From Pseudobacteriovorax sp. (GTDB lineage Bacteria; Bdellovibrionota_B; Oligoflexia; Oligoflexales; Oligoflexaceae), in the NCBI GenBank assembly GCA_050293845.1, contig JBNKNM010000091.1:1-20203 (forward strand): a DNA stretch of 20,203 nt, read 5' to 3'. Made by a program: the position numbers and the translations under genes. This document shows, piece by piece, positions 9,287 through 17,683 of this stretch (positions are counted from its first letter, which is position 1; each line of letters opens with the position of its first letter). The notes below the pieces were generated by a model. The model ran no database searches, was not told where the DNA came from, and saw only the letters and a program-made list of their open reading frames with translations.

Positions 9287-9838
9287 ATGAGTTTTATTTC
9301 AAAAAAAGTTATCGCAGTACCCATATTTCTGTTTGTAACAGAGCCGCTATTAGCTGAAGATTTTCACTGGAAATTGCGAGCACGAGAAAGTTACGATATT
9401 CTGAGGGTTCATCGCGATACTCATGCCGCTGAATATCCCAGCTTTTCCCATACTATCAATTTGTTCTATGAAAAACCTTTTGATAGGGCTTTCGGATTGG
9501 CTATTGGTCCCTTTGGATTTTCTTATTCTATAAAAAAACAGTCCCGCTATTTTTCGGAAAAACTGAGGTTAATCAGTTATGGTTTCGAATATAAAACTTG
9601 GTGGCCTTCACAGTTTTTTATACGAGCCGGTCTATACTACAATTACATGAATACAAACACTGTAGATGATGGTGTGCTACATGGCGGATCCATTTACCTT
9701 GGGGGCGGATATGAATGGAATATCAAAGATGTTGGACTAGCCGTAGAAATAGGGCATCGCCGCCACTTTTTCCCTTCAAATTGGAGTATAGAAAATAATT
9801 CAGTAGCATTAGGAGTTCATTTTTATCCCATGTTATAA
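9287..9838 (+). CDS. Small outer-membrane beta-barrel protein
   Basis: Signal peptide (LLA|ED), aromatic/glycine beta-strands (YLGGGYEW, LAVEIG), ends ALGVHFYPML. Confidence 0.65.
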   Translation: MSFISKKVIAVPIFLFVTEPLLAEDFHWKLRARESYDILRVHRDTHAAEYPSFSHTINLFYEKPFDRAFGLAIGPFGFSYSIKKQSRYFSEKLRLISYGFEYKTWWPSQFFIRAGLYYNYMNTNTVDDGVLHGGSIYLGGGYEWNIKDVGLAVEIGHRRHFFPSNWSIENNSVALGVHFYPML

Positions 9839-9893
9839 GTAAATTACTTGGATATAGTGAAAGATATACAGTTACCATCAATCATCATCTGGC

Positions 9894-11153
9894 TTACCCT
9901 TTTGATTTTAAACGTCTAAACCATCGAACGATGTTAAAAAAGTGAATTATTTTTTTAATAAATGAAATCTTTCTGGCAGATTCCATCTGTAGATGAGAAC
10001 GCATGATGGCCATATACAAAACAAATGGCAAAGACTGTTTGGGCCTGGCTTTTGTCAGTTGAAAAGCTGCAAAAGCTCCTGCAAGACCAATGCTAACAGG
10101 ACCAAATAAAAGGCCCAAGGCTGATGTCATAGAACTAAAGGCAGCAAGACCTACTCCTCCAGATATGGAGGCCAAGCCACTACTTGCGGCGAGATAAAGA
10201 CCTAAGCCCGAAAGTCTACCTCCCACTAAGGCACCAGTCATGAGCAAAGATTTTGAGCCGTCCTTCCAGTACCGATCAGCCATTTGGGATCGAACTAAGG
10301 TTTCATACTCTTTAAGCTTTTCGGGGGGGATATCTTTAACGTTATCAGCGAAAACTTTCCTTACAATTTTACCTTCTAGGTCTTCTACTGATTCTGACAT
10401 CTCGTACTTGGGAACTTGCAGCTCACTACACAAGTTAAAAAGAATATTTTTATAACTGGGTGGTTCAGCCCAAATTTTCTGAACTTTATTATAATAAGAA
10501 TTGCTAAGGATTCCGAAAATTTCTTTTCTTAGCCTTTCCTCATCCCACTTCAACTTCGCATCAATATTCAAATATAAAGCCAAGTCTCTCAACCGGTCCA
10601 TGCCAAAGCTATCAAATAGGGGATCAAACTCTATGATGGCTTTTTGTGCCTTTTGATACCCTTTCTCATCATAGTAGATTTCTAAAGCTACTTGACCTGC
10701 TAACCAAACTCCTGATGACCTAGCCAAGGGAGCCCCACTATATTTCAAACCAAACTTTCTAACAATGGGTCCAAAATTTCCAGAGCAGGCTGCTCCTACG
10801 CTGTAAACATAAGAAAAAATGTTAACATAATTCTCTGTCTTCTTGTATAAATTGAGCGATCGTGTGATAGATGAATATCTCAATCTAGAGATACCTACTT
10901 TCCCTAGTAAGGCTTTAAGTTTATCTTGAGCTCGCTCCAAATCATCAATGGAAATCGCTGTAACATCCCTGTCGTAAATCTTTGCCAATGTATTGCACAT
11001 CCTCAAAACTAAAGCTCTCGTTTGATCGGGATTTTCTGAAGGCCAAACGGCCTCAAGGCAATAGCGCCTAATGATAGCTTCGCCTGCCTGCCTAGCTTTC
11101 TTCTCCAAGTCATCACAGTCAGGTTTAGATATTTCTTTTTCCAAGGATTGCAT
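9894..11153 (-). CDS. Protein with C-terminal YaaW/UPF0174-like domain and unknown N-terminal domain
   Basis: SYKNILFNLCSELQV...SVEDLEGKIVRKVF followed by a Gly/Ala-rich hydrophobic stretch with LLFGPV and LPFVLYMAIMR, as in YaaW-like proteins. Confidence 0.6.
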   Translation of the reverse strand: MQSLEKEISKPDCDDLEKKARQAGEAIIRRYCLEAVWPSENPDQTRALVLRMCNTLAKIYDRDVTAISIDDLERAQDKLKALLGKVGISRLRYSSITRSLNLYKKTENYVNIFSYVYSVGAACSGNFGPIVRKFGLKYSGAPLARSSGVWLAGQVALEIYYDEKGYQKAQKAIIEFDPLFDSFGMDRLRDLALYLNIDAKLKWDEERLRKEIFGILSNSYYNKVQKIWAEPPSYKNILFNLCSELQVPKYEMSESVEDLEGKIVRKVFADNVKDIPPEKLKEYETLVRSQMADRYWKDGSKSLLMTGALVGGRLSGLGLYLAASSGLASISGGVGLAAFSSMTSALGLLFGPVSIGLAGAFAAFQLTKARPKQSLPFVLYMAIMRSHLQMESARKISFIKKIIHFFNIVRWFRRLKSKG

Positions 11154-11283
11154 TCCTACAATTGCAGATTTACTATTCAGAGATCCTATCTCTATAAAGC
11201 CTATGTGGATTATCGGCAGAAAGAGCTAATTCATAATGGGGTTTTGCTCCCATAAACGTGGAAAGGTTTCATTAGGCTTGGAT

Positions 11284-11316
11284 ATCAATTTCCCGACCCT
11301 AAAGGATCGGGTTTCC
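11284..11316 (+). repeat. Solo hairpin resembling an IS200/IS605-superfamily subterminal end
   Basis: ATCAATTTCCCGACCCTAAAGGATCGGGTTTCC: imperfect palindrome centred on CTAAAG; no transposase nearby. Confidence 0.45.
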
Positions 11317-11492
11317 TAGAAATATTAGATGAAAAATGCTCCTACTCTGTGTCGCTTTAGCAAAAAAATCGCTCTCATTCACGAATGATTAGCCTTGGCG
11401 ATTTTTCCGGGATTAGAGATGAGGTGCATTTTCGCTTCCGTTCGCTTATTGCTTTCTGAGAAATTTCCAGACTAAATTTTTCAAATCCTGGC

Positions 11493-13010
11493 TTAATTCC
11501 TTGGTTTCTGGGAAAAAGATTCTAGCTTCAAGCCATGCAAGGCAATTTTCAGGAGTTTGACTGGGGAACTGATATAGAGAGCGGCAATAAACTTTTTGAA
11601 TAATTTATATTTCATGTTTGTATAGGGATACCAATTAGCTTCAATTTTATCGCTACCAGCATCAATAAGAACCGACTTAGCCCGTGTGAATCCTAGAAGA
11701 CCTTCCGCTCCTCGCAACTTCCCAAACCCAGACTTTTTCGCACCTCCAAAGGGCAGGCCAGGGTTTCCTTCAGTCATATTAACATTGTTAATAGACACAC
11801 CACCAACATCTAACGACCGAGTAACGCGCATGGCTCTTTCTTTATCATTAGTGAAAATGCTAGCACAAAGTCCATATTCCGAGTTGTTTGCTATTCTAAT
11901 AGCCTCCTCTTCACTAGCAAATGTCATGATGGGAAGTATAGGACCAAAAGTCTCATCTTTCCACACTTTCATGTCGGGCGTCACTCCTGAAAGGATCATA
12001 GGAGTAATACTCAAATCTTCCCGACTAGGAATAGATCCATGTTCGAGTCTTGCTCCCTTAGCCAGGGCATCTTCTAATTGATCTACAACCTTTTGCTTTT
12101 GAAATAAAGTTGTCATCCGGCCAATATCAGCATCCCCATTATCTCCAACTTTTACAATTATTTTAGATGCTTGGTTTAGTAACTCTGCTAGGAATTGGGA
12201 ATAAATTTTTTCGTGGACAAGCAATCTTTCGACGGCACTGCAAGACTGACCAGCATTAGAAAATGCTCCCCATAGGGTGGCAGCTGCTGCCCGTTTAATA
12301 CTGGTATCCTCAAAGGCAATCAAAGGATCTTTCCCCCCCAATTCCAACTCAATGGGAATTAAAGATTCTGAAGCTTGGACCATAATCTTCTGACCCGTAG
12401 CACCACTTCCAGTGAAAAATATTTTACCAGGACCTTGCGCGATCAACTGACTCCCCAAAGCTCCATCACCATAAGCAATACGAACAGAGTCCTTTAAGAT
12501 GGGAGCTGCTTCTAATATACTCTCTACTAAACCATAGCAAGGAGAGTGCTCAGATGGTTTATACACGACAGCATTTCCTGCAATAAATGCAGCTACCATT
12601 CCAGTGATGGCATTATGAAATGGATAGTTCCATGGACAGATTATCAGGACAACTCCAAAAGGCTCATGGAAAATCATAGATTTTTTGCCCAGCAAAGTAA
12701 TGGGAGTTTTGACCTTTTCAGGTGACAATATTTTCTTCGCGTTATCCTCCAACCACTGAATCCAATCCATAGTTCCCAGGACTTCAGCAACTAAAGCATC
12801 CGTTCGTGATTTACCAAGGTCACGAGTTAAAACATCTATAATCACTTCCTGTTCTGCAAAAATCTTATCTTTCACTTTCCCAATTTCTGCAATACGCGCC
12901 TCTAAAGATAGATCACGGTATTTTTCAAAGGATGATTGAGCTTCGCTAAAAAGGCTTTCTGGTGCTGCCTGATCCTTTGTAACAAGCTTTTGACGTTCGG
13001 TTTGGTTCAT
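11493..13010 (-). CDS. NAD(P)-dependent aldehyde dehydrogenase
   Basis: PWNYP, KPSE, FTGS, ELGGKD (catalytic Glu), NAGQSC (catalytic Cys), ETFGP, PFGG..SG.G. Confidence 0.96.
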   Translation of the reverse strand: MNQTERQKLVTKDQAAPESLFSEAQSSFEKYRDLSLEARIAEIGKVKDKIFAEQEVIIDVLTRDLGKSRTDALVAEVLGTMDWIQWLEDNAKKILSPEKVKTPITLLGKKSMIFHEPFGVVLIICPWNYPFHNAITGMVAAFIAGNAVVYKPSEHSPCYGLVESILEAAPILKDSVRIAYGDGALGSQLIAQGPGKIFFTGSGATGQKIMVQASESLIPIELELGGKDPLIAFEDTSIKRAAAATLWGAFSNAGQSCSAVERLLVHEKIYSQFLAELLNQASKIIVKVGDNGDADIGRMTTLFQKQKVVDQLEDALAKGARLEHGSIPSREDLSITPMILSGVTPDMKVWKDETFGPILPIMTFASEEEAIRIANNSEYGLCASIFTNDKERAMRVTRSLDVGGVSINNVNMTEGNPGLPFGGAKKSGFGKLRGAEGLLGFTRAKSVLIDAGSDKIEANWYPYTNMKYKLFKKFIAALYISSPVKLLKIALHGLKLESFSQKPRN

Positions 13011-13531
13011 ATATGATTCCTTAATTTCTAAGAGGTCTAATATTTTATGACACCCTTCTGTAGAATGAGGCTGATTTATAAAACTAATACTGTATAGAAC
13101 ATAAAATACTTCTAAATCAAGGGACTGAGGTGAATGCTAGACCTTGCAACCACAAATTTCACCTCCTACATGTTATAAGATAGAAAAGTTCTATTATTCA
13201 TAATAGTTAACGGAAATTCATCCAGCACTATATCGCTTTTTGTCTCCAGAGTAGCAGTAATTACGTCAGTCACAAAACCCATTCAAATACAAGCAGTTCA
13301 AATCTGAAATCATTCTTTTGCGCGTCATATATTACCCAAGGTTTGCTCTGCCTTACCGGGATTTAACTGAAATGAATGCTTCACATCCTCCAGCTATAAT
13401 TCCTATCTTACTACATTTATAATACATATAATCATGTTTGATCGATAGACCAAAACACCTTTGATATACACAATTTGTTGCGTTATATTGGCATATAATA
13501 AGTCACATTCGCCATTTGAACTTTCTATAAA

Positions 13532-13771
13532 ACGGAGCTCCGAAGTCTAACAAGTTCTGATATTGATTCCCTTCTCCCTTGGAGTTGGGAGGCTGATTCA
13601 TCACGTCTCAAAATCTCGTCCTCTGAAGATTATATCGAGCAGGATTATCCCATAGAGCTTCTGATCAAAAAGCTTGGTCTTGAAGAGAGGTTTATTTTGA
13701 TGAGTCATCTAGCTTTCCAGACCAATCGATCCAATCATCTGAAATGGCAGCATTATCTCCTTGATTTTTGA
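13532..13771 (+). pseudogene. Probable IS66 transposase C-terminal remnant
   Basis: Open frame TELRSLTSSDIDSLLPWSW... that begins after an upstream stop; IDxLLPWxW is the characteristic IS66 TnpC C-terminal motif. Confidence 0.45.
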
Positions 13772-13853
13772 AAATTCAATCAAATTTAGGCTAGGAATTA
13801 CTTGGCCATGGTGAGGTACGCTTTGCTATATTAGGTGGATCGGAGGGACACAG

Positions 13854-14379
13854 AATATCGACAAAGATGGCAATTTGGTTTGCGGTGGACTCTGTGTAAT
13901 GGGTCTAATAGGTGGAGGGCTGCTTTGGTGTCTGCTGGTAAAGAGTTGTGGGAAGACTACAAGCAAAACGATCAGATCACAGCCGGGGGTGCTGTCAAAG
14001 CATCAGTGTCAGGAGTAGTATCTGGCACTAAAGCCGTTGTGCATGCAGGTGCTTTCGCAGTGGGAGGAGTTGCCAGAACAGTTGCGGCAACGGGACTAAC
14101 GGCACCAATGACCTTTGTAGAAAGTGTCACTAAAGACGTTATCGATGGCAAAGAAGCAAATATGAGCAAAGCGTTGACTAAGACAGGGATTGGAGTGGTG
14201 TTGGGCCCTGCTTTAACCATCGTAGGTGGTGGTGGTCCTCTTGGAAGTAAGATCTCTCAAGAAACTGTCAAATCTGAATTTAAAACTTGACTAAGTCTGA
14301 AATTAAAGAGGTTTCAAAGATACTTAGTGAACAAGGGGCTAGAAAAACAGTTCTGGAAGAAGGAGGTACCAGTAGATGA
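13854..14379 (+). pseudogene. Frameshifted Rhs/polymorphic toxin C-terminal remnant
   Basis: NIDKDGNLVCGGLCVMGLIGG from 13854, shift near 13915-13920 into the 13835-14290 ORF (AALVSAGKE...), second shift near 14282-14287 into LTKSEIKEVSKILSEQGARK...TGA at 14377-14379. DxDG followed by Gly/Ala-rich helices is typical of the Rhs core/tip junction. Confidence 0.55.
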
Positions 14380-14504
14380 ATTTGTAATCGATGATAAAGT
14401 CGATGAAAGGTACTCGGATTGAACTTCTTTTTAGTGACGATAATAACTTATCTAACTTGAATTAGTTTTGACCTAATCTGCTATGTGATTTGTTAATCAT
14501 TCTG

Positions 14505-14690
14505 CACGAGTACAATTGCCCTACAATCTGCTATTCGAGGTCGCGATCGTGATCGCGCCTAAAGTTTCTTTTTCGTATCCAATTGATTGGCACCCCTAAC
14601 TGACACCCGTGGTACTCAAAAAGCTCACTGATTAGGTCACGAGGTTACCAAAGAACCGATGTTATCGTTTTGCAACTTGTATTCATATAA
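14505..14690 (-). ncRNA. Predicted bridge RNA/seekRNA of the IS110 element (ends approximate)
   Basis: Two internal loops, each with two guide segments matching the empty target site and the circle junction, flanked by complementary stems (see findings). Confidence 0.8.
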
Positions 14691-14708
14691 AAATATTTTT
14701 AAACTTCG

Positions 14709-15773
14709 TTAAACACCTGCTAGACCTTCCTTATTGATAACATAGAAAGTGTTTTGCTTTAAGCAGCTTCTAATTCTACCTATCAGCTTTCTTGCAATAG
14801 CAACGATTGCCCGATTACCGCCTCTTCTAATTGAAATATTTTCATACATTTTTTTAAGAGACGGATCGTCTCTGATTGCACGCCACGCTGCTTCCACCAT
14901 CAAGTTCCTTAGCCGAGGAGGACCTTGACGGCTTATGTTTCCTCTACGAACTTTGTCACCTGATGAATATTCACAGGGCGTAAGCCCAGTATAGCTAAAT
15001 AGTTGTTTTTCATTTTTGAATCTAGACATATTACCAAGTTCAGCTATTAGGTATTGGCTCGAAATTTCACCGATACCTGGTACGCTTCTGTAGATTGGTT
15101 CTATATTCGATTTTTTAGCAGCGGATCGTATTCTCCTACGAATGCTAAACAATTTTCTTGTCAGAAAAATCCAGTTATCGAAAAGCAAATCCATGCTGAA
15201 TACTATTTCATCTGGTAAATTTCTTAATCTAGTCTTCAACTCTTTAATATACTTGATCGAGATTTTTCTCGTTTCGCAGCATTCAATTTTTCCGAGATAA
15301 GTAAGCTTTGATTTTATCTGATTTGCTACCTTTGCTCTTTGCTTAGAAATTTGCTCACGAGTTCTAAGAAGTATTCTATGGGCTTCCTGGAGTTCATTCG
15401 GAACGTAAATAGGTCTGAGTCTGTTATAGTAGAGTTCCATAGCTAGCTTCACAGCATCTTTCTTATCTGTTTTTACTCTGTTGTTCGCTTCGATATTTAT
15501 TGATGCGGGATTTACAACAATACTGCTAAATCCCGCATTCTTGAGCATTCTGTGCAAACCAAAACCGCAAAATCCAGCTTCATACACTGTTCGCACTTCG
15601 TTCGCTTCGTTAAAGTTTTTTTTGATATAGTTGGTTAGGTTACTTGGCTTTGCTTCCATACTAAATTTACGCGCAACAGTTCCTTCAAGGACTACGGCCA
15701 CTACATAGTTTCGTTTATGAACATCGACTCCGATAAAAATTGTATGCCCAGTATAGTCAGTATTTGTTCTCAT
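14709..15773 (-). CDS. IS110-family DEDD transposase/recombinase
   Basis: GVDVHK, YEAG, KTDKKDA (DEDD), SVPGIG, YTGLTP.EYSSG (catalytic Ser region), AIVAIARKL; RBS AAGGAG. Confidence 0.96.
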   Translation of the reverse strand: MRTNTDYTGHTIFIGVDVHKRNYVVAVVLEGTVARKFSMEAKPSNLTNYIKKNFNEANEVRTVYEAGFCGFGLHRMLKNAGFSSIVVNPASINIEANNRVKTDKKDAVKLAMELYYNRLRPIYVPNELQEAHRILLRTREQISKQRAKVANQIKSKLTYLGKIECCETRKISIKYIKELKTRLRNLPDEIVFSMDLLFDNWIFLTRKLFSIRRRIRSAAKKSNIEPIYRSVPGIGEISSQYLIAELGNMSRFKNEKQLFSYTGLTPCEYSSGDKVRRGNISRQGPPRLRNLMVEAAWRAIRDDPSLKKMYENISIRRGGNRAIVAIARKLIGRIRSCLKQNTFYVINKEGLAGV

Positions 15774-15885
15774 TGCGTAGCTCCTTATAATAAAGTTGCT
15801 CCACTAAAAGAGATAACAACTTTTTCTCCAAGGTTTCCACACAAATCAACATAGAAACTGACAAAACCCTCAAAAATAGAGCGCT

Positions 15886-15963
15886 GAACAAAGCACGAAT
15901 CACAGAAGATAAAGAAAATATAATTCCTCTTTCCGTCCAAGTTGATACCGAACAAATCACGAA
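15886..15963 (+). repeat. 14-bp direct repeat pair, candidate integrase arm-type sites
   Basis: GAACAAAGCACGAA (15886-15899) and GAACAAATCACGAA (15950-15963), one mismatch, within about 200 bp of the att core. Confidence 0.45.
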
Positions 15964-16086
15964 CAGTCCAGCCAGAAACACCCGGAAAATGACGGAAACA
16001 GAGGAACAATCTTGAAGCAGCTAAGTTGTTAAATTACTTATCTAAAACACTGAAATTACTATAACTTTCTGTAATTACTTCTAAAA

Positions 16087-16107
16087 TTCGATTCCCGCCG
16101 CCTCCAC
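16087..16107 (+). other. att core: duplicated 3' end of tmRNA (ssrA)
   Basis: TTCGATTCCCGCCGCCTCCAC matches the T-loop/acceptor 3' end typical of tmRNA. The 5' half of the T stem is absent, so this is a fragment. It lies about 150 bp from the integrase stop. Confidence 0.8.
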
Positions 16108-16253
16108 TGGTATAACCAGTGGATATCATTAATAAAAATTGACTGCATTATTCAGAACCCTTGCTTTTTCCATGCTACCCAATTTTTATTAATAATAACA
16201 GCGAGTTAAATTAATACATTTATGTAGCTTCTACTTCCTATCCCTTACTAGGT

Positions 16254-17339
16254 TTAGTCCCAGGACATTGTTTCGACTCTAGATTGATCGTGATGATGAT
16301 ATTTAGACATGGTCGTTTTAATATCGCTATGACCCAATATTTTATAAAGCATGTAAATATCCCCTCCCCTTTTCATATACCAAGTTGCGAATGTATGCCT
16401 TAATCCATGATATGTGATTCGAGGTAGTTCCAGTCTTGAGACCCATTTTTGAAATACTTCATTCGATAATTTCGAAGGCGCAATTGGCTTACCAGTTCTA
16501 GTGTTAAATAGACCTGGTAAATGGGAGTCAACTCTGACCTTTTCCTCCAGCCACTGATGAAGTCGACTTCTTCGTTTAAAACGTAGTAGACGCGACTCAT
16601 AGTTCTTAGTGGGTTCAACCTGCTTTGACTTCTCGTTATAAGTCTTAATGACAGATATAGTACAGTCACTAAAATCGATATCCGATTTAAGTAAAGCTGT
16701 CACTTCTCCAAGTCTCATTCCCGTTTCAAGGGGGAGAATTAGTGCAGCCCTATATGGTTCGAAATTACCTTTTCCGTCCACTCTAGCTTTTTGTAATTCA
16801 AGTCCTGAATAAAAGGTTTCAATATGGTTTTTAGTTTTCCACCAATTGTCATCACTCGTTTTAACAGTTTTAAGAGGTTTTATTTTGACAGGGTTTTCGC
16901 TTAAATAGCCCCATTCAACTGCCTTACTTAAAATTGAACTTAAAGTTGCAATACAGTTATTGATCGATTTAGGTTGTATTTTCCCAATTAGTTTACTCCT
17001 AAAAAACTCAATTCGCTTCGGAGTAATTGAATCTAGCTTCGAATACCCAAATTCTCTAGTCAACCGAAGATCGATATCAAGTCTATATCTCATTTGTGTG
17101 CGGCTCTTTAGTGTTGGTAAGTGAGCTGTACAGTACTCTCTTACTAATCTCTCCCAGCGAATTTCCTCATAGAAATAACTTGCTTTTGAATTACTTTTAT
17201 ACATTTCTAGATAAGCAATAGCGGCTCTTTGGGTTTCAAAACCTTCTTTATAAACAGGTTTTCCTGATACTTTTGTATTGACCTTATATCTAGTTCCTTT
17301 ATTTATCCGATACTTTGTAATTCCCTTTATTAAAGCCAT
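16254..17339 (-). CDS. int: Phage tyrosine integrase
   Basis: ETGMRLGE (Arg), PTK (Lys), YHGLRHTFAT (HxxR), LGHSDIKTTMSKY (His, Tyr); N-terminal arm-binding and SAM-like regions. Confidence 0.95.
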   Translation of the reverse strand: MALIKGITKYRINKGTRYKVNTKVSGKPVYKEGFETQRAAIAYLEMYKSNSKASYFYEEIRWERLVREYCTAHLPTLKSRTQMRYRLDIDLRLTREFGYSKLDSITPKRIEFFRSKLIGKIQPKSINNCIATLSSILSKAVEWGYLSENPVKIKPLKTVKTSDDNWWKTKNHIETFYSGLELQKARVDGKGNFEPYRAALILPLETGMRLGEVTALLKSDIDFSDCTISVIKTYNEKSKQVEPTKNYESRLLRFKRRSRLHQWLEEKVRVDSHLPGLFNTRTGKPIAPSKLSNEVFQKWVSRLELPRITYHGLRHTFATWYMKRGGDIYMLYKILGHSDIKTTMSKYHHHDQSRVETMSWD

Positions 17340-17344
17340 TTTTG

Positions 17345-17545
17345 TTACTTTCCTTTTCTAATCCAAAGTAATACTTCGATTTTTGGAAACCAAAGCTTAC
17401 CCCTTACTTTTATATGAGGAATTCCTTCACCAACCCATTTATAAATAGTCCATTTACTATATTGATTCTTAAGATGATTTAAAAGTTCTTGAAGAGTAAA
17501 ATATTCTTCAGGATTGAACAATTCATTTGTCTGTTTCCGCTGCAT
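17345..17545 (-). CDS. Excisionase-like helix-turn-helix protein
   Basis: YFTLQEL...SKWTIYKWV..GIPHIKVRGKLWF....V..W pattern; GAGG RBS before ATG 17545; 5 nt upstream of int. Confidence 0.8.
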   Translation of the reverse strand: MQRKQTNELFNPEEYFTLQELLNHLKNQYSKWTIYKWVGEGIPHIKVRGKLWFPKIEVLLWIRKGK

Positions 17546-17683
17546 GATAAACCTCAATAGATCAAGTGTTGCAAAGGAATTTTGCGAAGAATGAATATTG
17601 AAGATTCGAAGGCATATTGATCAGCCATCCATGGTGATCAATTAACGAATAAAACGAATGTACTTAAAAGGCAATAGAAAATT

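Larger units (their letters stand above)
14475..15857 (-). mobile_element. Complete IS110-family (IS1111-type) insertion sequence with AA/TT core at both junctions
   Basis: Junctions TGACCT-AA-TCTGCTATG (core 14475-14476) and CATAGA-AA-CTGACA (core 15856-15857). Subterminal inverted repeats CTATGTGATTTGT (14481-14493) and ACAAATCAACATAG (15841-15854). Long non-coding region 3' of the transposase; internal guide matches confirm the ends. Confidence 0.88.

Noticed and set aside
10240..14220. ORFs 10240-10455, 11686-12081, 13972-14220
   Set aside because: Antisense shadows of the YaaW-like, ALDH and Rhs-remnant frames.
14465..15867. Target as an integron attC site or a type II CRISPR repeat (GTTTTG...CAAAAC)
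   Set aside because: No matching RYYYAAC inverse core or long attC palindrome upstream; only 22 bp, single copy, no spacers or cas genes.
15951..15960. AACAAATCAC as an alternative IS inverted repeat (complement of 14485-14494)
   Set aside because: The guide matches and core dinucleotide place the end at 15857; this 10-mer belongs to the direct-repeat pair outside the IS.
15757..16009. Two 74-aa ORFs upstream of the transposase
   Set aside because: They cross the IS end at 15857 and the att-arm region, so are probably spurious.
16087..16110. Intact tRNA or tmRNA gene
   Set aside because: Only the 3' 21 nt are present; upstream sequence cannot form the T stem or acceptor stem.
16400..16669. 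89-aa ORF inside the integrase
   Set aside because: Out-of-frame nested ORF with no support.
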